This document shows positions 10,281 through 18,151 of a stretch of DNA of 37,142 nucleotides, piece by piece (within the stretch, counting starts at the first letter, position 1; the number at the start of each line of letters is the position of its first letter). Location: sequence record SRR22947727_1523; one strand, given 5' to 3'. The notes beneath the pieces are model-generated. The model was not told the origin of the DNA. It did not search any database and was given only the letters and a program-made list of their open reading frames with translations. The position numbers were made by a program, and so were the translations under genes.

Positions 10281-10303
10281 ACTCTTTTGCGAAAGGAGCT
10301 GCA

Positions 10304-11071
10304 ATGTTGAAGTTGATCCGCGCAGGCTGCGTAGGCCTACTATTGTTTTTCATGCCCCAATCGCTTTATGCAGCGGTTGACGACAGTTCTATTTGTGATG
10401 AAAGCATCGCGCGTGCGGCGCAAGAGAGCACGGTTCCTCGGGCTGTGCTGATGAAAATTGCGCGCCTAGAGTCAGGCCGCAAGGTCAATAAAAAATTTGT
10501 GAGCTGGCCATGGACTTTAAACAATAGCGGCAAAGGGTATTTTCTCAGTAGCGAAGCAGACGCTTTAGACTTGCTTACAAAATTATCAAATTCCGGTAAG
10601 ACGAATGTGGATGTGGGCTGCATGCAATTAAATATTAAATGGCATGCGAAATATTTTAGCAATTTTTCAGAAATGTTAAGCCCGGAGCATAACACTCTTT
10701 ATGCCGCCAAATATTTAGAGCAGCTCTATAAAGAAACTGGGTCTTGGATGAAGGCCGTGAAATATTACCATTCGCGTAATCCAAAATATAACGAGCGTTA
10801 TTATGCGAAGTTTTCGAAACTTCCTAATTTTGATACCATTGCGATGATCCGCACAAAGCCTTCGCGGCGCCCTATGCTTATCCCACCCCCAGCGCCGGAA
10901 CGCGCGCCCGAGATGCCCAGAGTATTTAGCACCGCGCGGGCAAAGTCAGTTTTGTTTTGGACAGCGCCGCAAGGCACTATACTGCTGACAGCTCAGCTTG
11001 ATTTATCGCAACCTGCTTTCACCGATCTCAGACAGTTCAAAGGCAAGCCTTTGTTGGAGCCCGGTCAATAG
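10304..11071 (+). CDS. sltF: Flagellar lytic transglycosylase (SLT domain, SltF-like)
   Basis: Signal peptide; IARLESG (catalytic Glu), WPWTLN, NVDVGCMQLN, YYHSRNP; Pro-rich C-terminal tail; located after flgL in a cluster whose FlgJ lacks a muramidase. ATG 10304 follows AAGGAG. Confidence 0.8.
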   Translation: MLKLIRAGCVGLLLFFMPQSLYAAVDDSSICDESIARAAQESTVPRAVLMKIARLESGRKVNKKFVSWPWTLNNSGKGYFLSSEADALDLLTKLSNSGKTNVDVGCMQLNIKWHAKYFSNFSEMLSPEHNTLYAAKYLEQLYKETGSWMKAVKYYHSRNPKYNERYYAKFSKLPNFDTIAMIRTKPSRRPMLIPPPAPERAPEMPRVFSTARAKSVLFWTAPQGTILLTAQLDLSQPAFTDLRQFKGKPLLEPGQ

Positions 11072-11116
11072 AGATTGATCTGCATCAAAAGGGCTGATTT
11101 TTCACATCGATCACTT

Positions 11117-11132
11117 TGGCATGAAATATGCA
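11117..11132 (+). promoter_or_regulatory. sigma54 -24/-12 promoter
   Basis: TGGCAT-GAAAT-ATGCA; GG 11118-19 and GC 11130-31; about 30 nt upstream of ATG 11164, the same geometry as the flgG promoter. Confidence 0.75.
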
Positions 11133-11163
11133 AACTACTAATTAGAAATTAAAAGGTTGTGTC

Positions 11164-11928
11164 ATGCTGAATATCATAAAATCTGCGTTAAGCGTTTCGA
11201 GCCATAAATTGAACGTGGTCTCAAACAATATCGCAAATACGGGGTCTACCGGCTTTAAGCGCAGCGAAGCGACCTTCCGTGATGTTTATTTGGCCAGCGC
11301 GGGTGCGTCCGGCCCGAATGTTGGCCAAGGGTCGATGGTGGCGGTAAATCGCGTGGCCCATAACCCTGCTGAATTGAAACAAACCGGTGTTTCAACGGAT
11401 ATGGCGGTAAATGGCCATGGCATGTTCATGCTTGGCTCGGTTGAGGGCACCGACGAGGTGACGTTCACGCGCAACGGTTCTTTCCAGATTAACGAGGCGG
11501 GTTTGTTATCTGCCAATGATGGAAGCCCCGTGCTGACCAGAAACCTTGATCAGATTTCCGTTCCCTTTCAAAACAATGGAATTCCGCTTTCTGGATTGGA
11601 AATTAACCCAGAAGGTGATGTGCTCGCAACATATGGGGTTGGAATGCCACTGAATCTAGGGCGCATCGGACTGGCAAATTTTGATAATCCAGCGGCCATG
11701 CGCCAGCTTGGCAATGGGCGGTATTTGGCGACAGAAGAGGCCAGTTTATTTGGCGCGTTCGACCCCAAGAATGGTGGGGTGGGCAGCGTGATTTCAGGCC
11801 ATTTGGAAGTGTCAAATGTTGATATCACTAATGAGCTTGTCGGATTGATCAATGCGCAGCAAGCCTTCACAGCCGCGTCAAAAGCATTGCAGGCCGATAG
11901 TGATATGGTGTCTCGCTTCACGCGTTAA
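11164..11928 (+). CDS. Extra FlgE/F/G-family hook-basal body protein (short FlgE-like paralog)
   Basis: VVSNNIANTGSTGFKRS, DMAVNGHGMF, FTRNGSF, LANFDNP, GHLEVSNVDITNELVGLINAQQAF; 254 aa. Confidence 0.85.
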   Translation: MLNIIKSALSVSSHKLNVVSNNIANTGSTGFKRSEATFRDVYLASAGASGPNVGQGSMVAVNRVAHNPAELKQTGVSTDMAVNGHGMFMLGSVEGTDEVTFTRNGSFQINEAGLLSANDGSPVLTRNLDQISVPFQNNGIPLSGLEINPEGDVLATYGVGMPLNLGRIGLANFDNPAAMRQLGNGRYLATEEASLFGAFDPKNGGVGSVISGHLEVSNVDITNELVGLINAQQAFTAASKALQADSDMVSRFTR

Positions 11929-11991
11929 CGTAAAAATAAGACAGAGGGTAAACCTCTGAAGATAGACTAGTAAGGTGAGAGGGCAGAGTTA

Positions 11992-12741
11992 ATGTTCGAA
12001 AATATCCATATTTTTAGCGGTAAAAAAAATATCTATAAACCAACGGTATTTTCGCAGAATTTGGTTGAACATCTTGAGCAGTTTTTTGGAACTGCGCATT
12101 TGGCCCCTATGGAGATCACGCGGCGTATAGACGAACCTATTCGCAGCGCGCCTGCATTGGCCCCCTCGCAGGATAAATATAGATCCACACAAATGGAATA
12201 TAAACGCCCTGGAGCCTGTCCAAACAAAACCCTAAAACGCTATCAAGCCGTACCATCGCCAAATGCGCGTGAATTGCGCAGATTGTCAGCTAAATCGCAC
12301 TTGGGCAAACCGGGCCAATCAGATTTTGTGGTGTTTGACCATTCTGTGATGGATGCGCATCATTGTGGTCTACGATTTGGCGCAAAGGATTGCTGTGCTC
12401 TCTTATTGCAACACGAGGCCAGCGCAGCCGCTGATATTGAGGCTTTTTGCACATTGGCGCAGAATTGTGATGTGCTGCCTGATTTGGGCATTATCGTAAA
12501 TTTTGGGAATTCTGCGCATCGCGCAGCAGAAATTTATGCATCGCTCGAAACCAAGCGCGTGGGTGGGCGGAAGATCGTAACCAAATTTATCGGCTTTGCT
12601 CCAGCTTTGCAGGGTGGTTCAAAGTTTCGGTCGCTTGAGACGATGTCGCTGCAAAATATCACGTTCGAGTTATTAGATTTGAAATATAATGCAAATCCGC
12701 ATAAAGTGCCTAAAGAACTATTTGCGAGCTCTCTTCATTGA
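11992..12741 (+). CDS. Divergent FlhG/FleN (MinD-like) protein with degenerate P-loop
   Basis: IFSGKKNIYKPTVFSQNL aligns by eye with the FlhG consensus vtSGKGGVGKTnvsvNL; DFVVFD, LLLQHEASAAAD, LGIIVN and KFIGFAP follow the FlhG core pattern; directly upstream of and overlapping fliA. Confidence 0.55.
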   Translation: MFENIHIFSGKKNIYKPTVFSQNLVEHLEQFFGTAHLAPMEITRRIDEPIRSAPALAPSQDKYRSTQMEYKRPGACPNKTLKRYQAVPSPNARELRRLSAKSHLGKPGQSDFVVFDHSVMDAHHCGLRFGAKDCCALLLQHEASAAADIEAFCTLAQNCDVLPDLGIIVNFGNSAHRAAEIYASLETKRVGGRKIVTKFIGFAPALQGGSKFRSLETMSLQNITFELLDLKYNANPHKVPKELFASSLH

Positions 12742-13454
12742 AACAAACAAGCTATGAAGAAATGAAATTAGATATAAACAGCATCGTCCGTAGCCATGAG
12801 GGTCTGGTGCGGCGCATCGCGTTTAAAATGCATGCGAAAGTTTCAAGCTTTATTGAATTAGATGATTTGTTGCAATCCGGCTTGGAAGGCTTGGTTGATG
12901 CAGCGCAAAAATACACCACGGTTGAAGGTTCAAGCTTTGAAAATTATGCGAGCATCCGGATAAAAGGTTCAATGCTCGATTTAATTCGCCGGTCTGGAAA
13001 TTTGAACCGTTCGACGGTTCAGGCCAAACAGATGATCGATGGCAAACGCAACGAGTTGGCCGTTTCATTAGGGCGCACGGCTAAGGATGAAGAAGTTGCC
13101 GCGGCGCTGAACCTATCGATGGAAGAGTTTTATAGTTGGACAAAGCTGTTTGAAGCAAACGTTTCTGAAAGCCTCAGTCAGGCGTATGATGAGTATTCAA
13201 TGGTGTTTGCCGCGCCGACGATTGAACCTGAACGCCTATTAGACAGTCAAAATTTGCGCGTCGAATTGGTAAATGCCCTAAAGATGCTTTCAAAACAGCA
13301 AAGCATGGTGATGCAACTCTATTACGTAGAAGATCTTAACACGTATGAGATCGCCGCCGTTTTGGATTTATCACCGGGCCGGGTGTCTCAAATCAAATCA
13401 GAAGCGTTTAAAGCGCTGCAGTCAAAGCTTCAAAATTATTCGGATCTTCACTAA
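12738..13454 (+). CDS. fliA: Flagellar sigma factor sigma28 FliA
   Basis: LVRRIA, DDLLQSGLEGLVDAAQKY, FENYASIRIKGSMLD.IR, LYYVEDLN..EIAAVLDLSPGRVSQIKS; TTG overlaps the upstream TGA (alternative ATG 12762). Confidence 0.93.
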   Translation: MKQTSYEEMKLDINSIVRSHEGLVRRIAFKMHAKVSSFIELDDLLQSGLEGLVDAAQKYTTVEGSSFENYASIRIKGSMLDLIRRSGNLNRSTVQAKQMIDGKRNELAVSLGRTAKDEEVAAALNLSMEEFYSWTKLFEANVSESLSQAYDEYSMVFAAPTIEPERLLDSQNLRVELVNALKMLSKQQSMVMQLYYVEDLNTYEIAAVLDLSPGRVSQIKSEAFKALQSKLQNYSDLH

Positions 13455-13547
13455 ACCACCGCCGCGCCTGTGCTTAGCCTAGCTTAGGTTTGTTTGGCCC
13501 GCGCGCGCAGTCAGGCTTAGCATATTGCAGATCACTCCTTGCGCCGC

Positions 13548-14420
13548 TTAAGGGTCAATAATAGCGCCATGCACCTGCACAACCTGCGCCGCGCAAGCAT
13601 GGCCTTTTTGCAAAGCCCTCTCTTGGTTTTCACCGCTGAGCTTCGCCCCCAAATACGCGCCATTAAAGCTGTCGCCTGCGGCCGTTGTGTCCACCACGGT
13701 CGGACTGGCCGAGTAGCGGGTTGCAGAGATCCGCTCCCCCAAGGACAGGGGGCCTTTTTCTCCGCGTTTTAGTGCCCCAACGCTGCCATAAGCCGCGAAG
13801 CGTTTTTGCACGGTTTCAAAGTTTTCTTGAAACAGTTCCATTTCATCATCCAGCGAGGGTAAGGTTAGATCACTTATCTCCCAAAAGCTGTTTATCGTCT
13901 TACGTGCCTCTTGCGCATCACCCCAAAGCGCGGGGCGGTAATTGCTGTCAAAGGCAAAGAGCGCATCGCTGGTTTTTAGGAAATTAAGCAGCTCGTGACG
14001 GATATCTGGGGGCAGGATAGCCAGGGTAATTCCTGAGAGATAAAGCGCATCATAGCCATTCAAGGCTGAAAACTCTGCGCCATTGGCCGTTTGAAACAGC
14101 TCCCTTGCCGCAGATTGCGCGCGCCAATAGGTAAAGGCGCGCTCTCCGTTGGGCGAGGTTGAAATTGCATAGAGGCCCGGATGCCGCTTTTGCGATGTTT
14201 CAATTGCCTCTATGCCGATATTTTGCGCGGCGATAAAAGTTTTGATTTGGGTTGAAAAAGGATCGCTGCCAAGGCGCGTAATAAAATCAACTTGCAGCTT
14301 TGGAGCGGCTCTTTTTAAGTATATCGCTGTATTCAATGTATCGCCTGCCACGCCAATGCTTGGGGTGCTGCCGCGAAAGGACAGCTCAATCATGGCTTCA
14401 CCGATACAGGCAATTTTCAT
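13548..14420 (-). CDS. kdgK: 2-dehydro-3-deoxygluconokinase (PfkB family)
   Basis: MKIACIGEAMIEL, AGDTLNTAIYL, LYLSGITLAIL, FDSNYRPALW, VVDTTAAGDSFNGAYL. Start set at ATG 14420, which overlaps the upstream stop. Confidence 0.88.
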   Translation of the reverse strand: MKIACIGEAMIELSFRGSTPSIGVAGDTLNTAIYLKRAAPKLQVDFITRLGSDPFSTQIKTFIAAQNIGIEAIETSQKRHPGLYAISTSPNGERAFTYWRAQSAARELFQTANGAEFSALNGYDALYLSGITLAILPPDIRHELLNFLKTSDALFAFDSNYRPALWGDAQEARKTINSFWEISDLTLPSLDDEMELFQENFETVQKRFAAYGSVGALKRGEKGPLSLGERISATRYSASPTVVDTTAAGDSFNGAYLGAKLSGENQERALQKGHACAAQVVQVHGAIIDP

Positions 14421-15313
14421 TGCGTTTCCTCTTTTAATTTTGCGCGTTTCCAGATGATCAAACCCGAGATGACAACGATAGATGCGCCGGTCAAGGTCCA
14501 ACGGTCAGGGAATTCTGCGAAAACAATATAGCTTTCTATGGTGAGAAAAATCATGAAACTATAGGTATAGGGCATTAAGGTATTCGCGGGGGCCAGCCCA
14601 TGCGCGCGCGTTAATAAACCATGCCCGGCCCAAGCCCAAACCCCAAGCACGCACATCAACACCCATTCGAATAAGGAGCTTGGAGTTGCCCAGTCTAAAA
14701 AAGCTAAGGGCAGCAAGCTGAAGGTGCCCAATGCCCCCATGTAAAATTGCATGGTTTCCGCGGCAACGAGGCCAGAGAGGCGGCGGGTGATGATCGAATA
14801 AAGCGCGAGCGCCACGGCGTTATAACAAGTGAGCAAAGCCGCCCAGTGAAAGCTTTCTCCCAAAGGGCGAATGACGACGAGAACACCGCTAAAGCCTAAG
14901 ATAATCGCAAACCAGCGCCACGGGCCAACGCGCTCACCCAAGAGCGGCCAAGAGAGAAGGCAAACGATTATTGGTGCTGAAAACATAATCGCCGACACCA
15001 CCGTTAAAGACAGATAGCGCAAAACGATAAAATTCAGCGCCGTCGCGCTGACCAATAAGAAGCCTCGAAACAACACCAATCCCAAATGTGGCGTTGCAAA
15101 TCTACTCAGGCTGACGCCGCCCCAAGCGATGGTGCTTAGGCTGATAACGAAATGCGAGGCATAGCGCATAAAGGCCAGTTGAAAGGATCCAAGCCCGGCA
15201 TAGAGCAACCATTTTACCGAGGTATCCACCAAGGAAAAAAGGAAATAGGTCACCAGCATCATAAGAATGCCCAGGCTTGGATTATCCCTGTTTGCCATTG
15301 CGGTCAGCGCCAT
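14417..15313 (-). CDS. DMT/EamA-family permease
   Basis: About 10 hydrophobic helices; LLGERVGPWRW..IILGFSGVLVVIRP signature. Confidence 0.9.
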   Translation of the reverse strand: MALTAMANRDNPSLGILMMLVTYFLFSLVDTSVKWLLYAGLGSFQLAFMRYASHFVISLSTIAWGGVSLSRFATPHLGLVLFRGFLLVSATALNFIVLRYLSLTVVSAIMFSAPIIVCLLSWPLLGERVGPWRWFAIILGFSGVLVVIRPLGESFHWAALLTCYNAVALALYSIITRRLSGLVAAETMQFYMGALGTFSLLPLAFLDWATPSSLFEWVLMCVLGVWAWAGHGLLTRAHGLAPANTLMPYTYSFMIFLTIESYIVFAEFPDRWTLTGASIVVISGLIIWKRAKLKEETQ

Positions 15314-15315
15314 AG

Positions 15316-16203
15316 CTAGCGGGCGAACCGATCGGCATAGAAGTCGACCATTTGACTGACCATATGCTCGCCGCGACCTTCGGCAACGGCCGTATCCAAG
15401 GCGGAAAGGGTGCCTTGCGACATCACGCTGTCAACGCCTGCTGAGTGCGCCATTTGGGTGTAATATCCCACATCTTTGGCAGCATTCTTGATTGAAAACG
15501 CCAATTGGTTGGGATTCTTTTCGACGGCATAGGCTTTGACAAAATCCATCATACCACTGTGCAATGGGCCTGCCGACATGGCTGTATATAGTTTGTCACG
15601 ATCAAGGCCCAGCTGGTCGGCCATGGCAAAGGCTTCTGCCATGGCGTTGGCCACCGTCATCCCGAAAAAATTATTCATCAATTTGATGGAATGGCCATCC
15701 CCTAGATTTCCCAGATGGAATACATTTTCGGCAAGGTTTTTTAAGACGGGCCGCGCTCTTTCATACGCAGCGGTATCGCCCGCTGCCATAATGTTCAATT
15801 GGCCGATCAGGGCATGCTGCGGCGTACGCCCGAGAGGCGCATCTAAATAATAGCCCCCCGCCGCTGCCACCTCTTGGCCCAAGGCCCGCGTACTGGCTGG
15901 TAGTGACGTGCCAAAATCAATCACAATCGCACCTGTTTGCAGGCCAGCAATAACGCCATCCGGGCCACGCATTCTGGCTTCGACGCTGGCGCTTGTATCC
16001 ATACAGAGGAGAATGATATCGCTGGTTTGTGCAAGCGCGCATGCGGTTTCAACCTCATGGGCACCGCGCGCGATTGCGGCCTCAATATTCGGCCGAGATT
16101 TATTGGCGCAGACACTCACTTGATAATCCAAGTCTTGCAATCTGCTGACCATCGCAGATCCCATCAGGCCAAGGCCGATGAACCCAATATTTTCATTTGG
16201 CAT
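15316..16203 (-). CDS. NAD(P)-dependent beta-hydroxyacid dehydrogenase family protein (3-hydroxyisobutyrate DH / tartronate semialdehyde reductase / LtnD family)
   Basis: IGFIGLGLMG, YLDAPLG, IKLMNN catalytic Lys, FSIKNAAKD. Confidence 0.88.
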   Translation of the reverse strand: MPNENIGFIGLGLMGSAMVSRLQDLDYQVSVCANKSRPNIEAAIARGAHEVETACALAQTSDIILLCMDTSASVEARMRGPDGVIAGLQTGAIVIDFGTSLPASTRALGQEVAAAGGYYLDAPLGRTPQHALIGQLNIMAAGDTAAYERARPVLKNLAENVFHLGNLGDGHSIKLMNNFFGMTVANAMAEAFAMADQLGLDRDKLYTAMSAGPLHSGMMDFVKAYAVEKNPNQLAFSIKNAAKDVGYYTQMAHSAGVDSVMSQGTLSALDTAVAEGRGEHMVSQMVDFYADRFAR

Positions 16204-16216
16204 TTTTATTTCTTTC

Positions 16217-17104
16217 TTATTTAATCACGTCAAACGCGCGTTTTTTTAAGCCTTTTTGAATTTCATATATTGAAATTGGCACATCGGGCTGGGGTTGCGG
16301 GATGCGCACGGGAATATCTTTTAGGCGCGGGTTCAGGGTTGGGGTGCCGCAGAGCATGCGGGTGTTGTACTCTTCAATCCCATCCCAGCGCGTCATTGAT
16401 CCCATTAGGGGAAACGCGTCTGCAGCCATCATTTCGTAAAATAAGATGCGCCGGGCCCTCTCTGATGTGTTCAGCGCGGATCCATGCACCATCCGGCCAT
16501 GATGAATTGAGATGGACCCGGCTGGCCCCGTTAGAGGCACAGCATCATTGGCGTTCAAACCATTGTCTTCGGGCAGCATTGCGCCGGCAAATACACCCTC
16601 AACATGATGATCATAAACAGGCCCTTTTTGGCTGCCTGGATAGACCATCAAGGGCCCATTTTCGATTTTCATATCGTCAATTATAACCCCGATGGCCAAA
16701 ATATCGTCATTCGTATGGGGGTAAAACGCATAATCCTGGTGCCATTCCACAGCCGCGCCATATCCTGCTGATTTCATATTCAGCTTACTGGTGTGCAGGC
16801 GCAAATTCGGTCCGATCAAATCTCTTGCTGGGCCCAAAATATGATCAGACAGCATCAGTTCATGAAAAAGTGTGCTGATCAGATGCGGTAGCTTAATCCG
16901 GCGCAAACGTGGCGCGGCGCGGGTATGGCTGTCTTCAAGGTCGAGCCGGTCATTGCTGTGCTCAAGCTCAGCTGCCTCTTCTTCAAAACGGAATATTTCG
17001 GCGCGTATTTTAGTAAGCCAAACGTCGGGAATTTGATTTTCAATTACCAAATATCCGTTCTTTTCGTAAAACCTTATTTGCTGGGATGTCAGTTGCTCAG
17101 GCAT
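16217..17104 (-). CDS. PhyH-family Fe(II)/2-oxoglutarate dioxygenase (1)
   Basis: FYEKNGYLVI, EWHQD (HxD), ENGPLMVYPGS, distal His in VHGS..N and Arg in RRIL. Confidence 0.88.
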   Translation of the reverse strand: MPEQLTSQQIRFYEKNGYLVIENQIPDVWLTKIRAEIFRFEEEAAELEHSNDRLDLEDSHTRAAPRLRRIKLPHLISTLFHELMLSDHILGPARDLIGPNLRLHTSKLNMKSAGYGAAVEWHQDYAFYPHTNDDILAIGVIIDDMKIENGPLMVYPGSQKGPVYDHHVEGVFAGAMLPEDNGLNANDAVPLTGPAGSISIHHGRMVHGSALNTSERARRILFYEMMAADAFPLMGSMTRWDGIEEYNTRMLCGTPTLNPRLKDIPVRIPQPQPDVPISIYEIQKGLKKRAFDVIK

Positions 17105-17152
17105 GGTATCAGGCTCCGGTGTGATTGGCTTATTTTTTTCGCAATAGCTCGT

Positions 17153-18151
17153 TCAAATCGGTTCAATTTGTTGGGCCAAAAGGGTTTCCAATTCCAGGGT
17201 ATTTGCCAATGTTTTGGTTGCATCAAAGACCGAGATCAGCGGTTCGGCTTTGTCGGCCATCACATCCAGAAAGTGCTGCAATTGTTGCTGCAGCGGCACC
17301 GCCGTTGCAATTTTCAATTTGCGCGGTGTCGGCGTCTCTGACCAATCTGCCGCTCCGCCCCATTGGGTCATTGAGGGAAATGAAATCCCACCCTCTGTTC
17401 CCGTAATCCACAGCATATCCTGGCGGCTTGTTGCAATATTGGGGTTCTCTCCCGTGCCGGCCTCAAACCCCCATGGGCTGGGGGCGGTGTCGGCAAAACT
17501 AATGCTTGCTGTCATTCCGGTTTCGAACAAAATAGCCGCGGCGCCGCTTTCCACGCGGGCTTGATTGCGGATTTGAGAGGACCCAAAGCCGGTTATTTTG
17601 GCAATGTCGCCAAAAATAAACCGCAGCAGGTCTAAATCATGAACGATATTGATCATCACTGGACTGCCTTCGGTGCTACGCCAATTTTGTTCAAAATAAG
17701 CATCTGGTTTGCGCATTGCCCAAATCATGCTGGCCGTCACGGCGGTGCCAATTTTTTTGTCTTTAACAAGGGATTTAAGCGCTTGAACGCTGGGATGATA
17801 GCGTCGGTGATGTCCCACCAGGCTTGCGATTCCGCTTTCTTGGACCACCTGCGACAATTGTTTGGCTTGCTCTAAACTGGCGGTGACGGGCTTTTCGATA
17901 AGAATATCCCAGCCTTTGCGCGCTGCATCGATACCATTCTCGCAGTGCAAATTTGTGGGCGTGGCGATGATTACCCCATCCACGGGGGCTGTGACCTGCG
18001 ATATATCTGAAAAATAGCTGGCATTGGCGTCTCGATATAGGCTTTGGTTGGGTTCGACCACACCGACAAGGTTACACCCCGCATGGGCCTTGATCGCTTG
18101 GGCGTGCCGCGCGCCGATCAGCCCAGCACCAAGCACCAAAAGCTGCTTCAC
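17153..18151 (-). CDS. Gfo/Idh/MocA-family oxidoreductase
   Basis: VLGAGLIG..H, VIIATPT.LH, ILIEKP, VGHHRRY, HDLDL; GTG start overlaps the upstream stop. Confidence 0.9.
   Translation of the reverse strand: MKQLLVLGAGLIGARHAQAIKAHAGCNLVGVVEPNQSLYRDANASYFSDISQVTAPVDGVIIATPTNLHCENGIDAARKGWDILIEKPVTASLEQAKQLSQVVQESGIASLVGHHRRYHPSVQALKSLVKDKKIGTAVTASMIWAMRKPDAYFEQNWRSTEGSPVMINIVHDLDLLRFIFGDIAKITGFGSSQIRNQARVESGAAAILFETGMTASISFADTAPSPWGFEAGTGENPNIATSRQDMLWITGTEGGISFPSMTQWGGAADWSETPTPRKLKIATAVPLQQQLQHFLDVMADKAEPLISVFDATKTLANTLELETLLAQQIEPI

Noticed and set aside
11925-11939. TTAA-N7-ATAA, a near CtrA box
   Set aside because: One half is mismatched, it overlaps a stop codon in AT-rich DNA, and the cluster is sigma54/sigma28 type
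11942-11958. Hairpin CAGAGG-GTAAA-CCTCTG after the FlgE-like paralog
   Set aside because: Only a 6-bp stem and no U-tract, too weak to call a terminator
13471-13522. Imperfect inverted repeat TGCTTAGCCT/AGGCTTAGCA between convergent fliA and kdgK
   Set aside because: One mismatch, a 32-nt loop and no U-tracts; no att site, tRNA or integrase to support an island boundary
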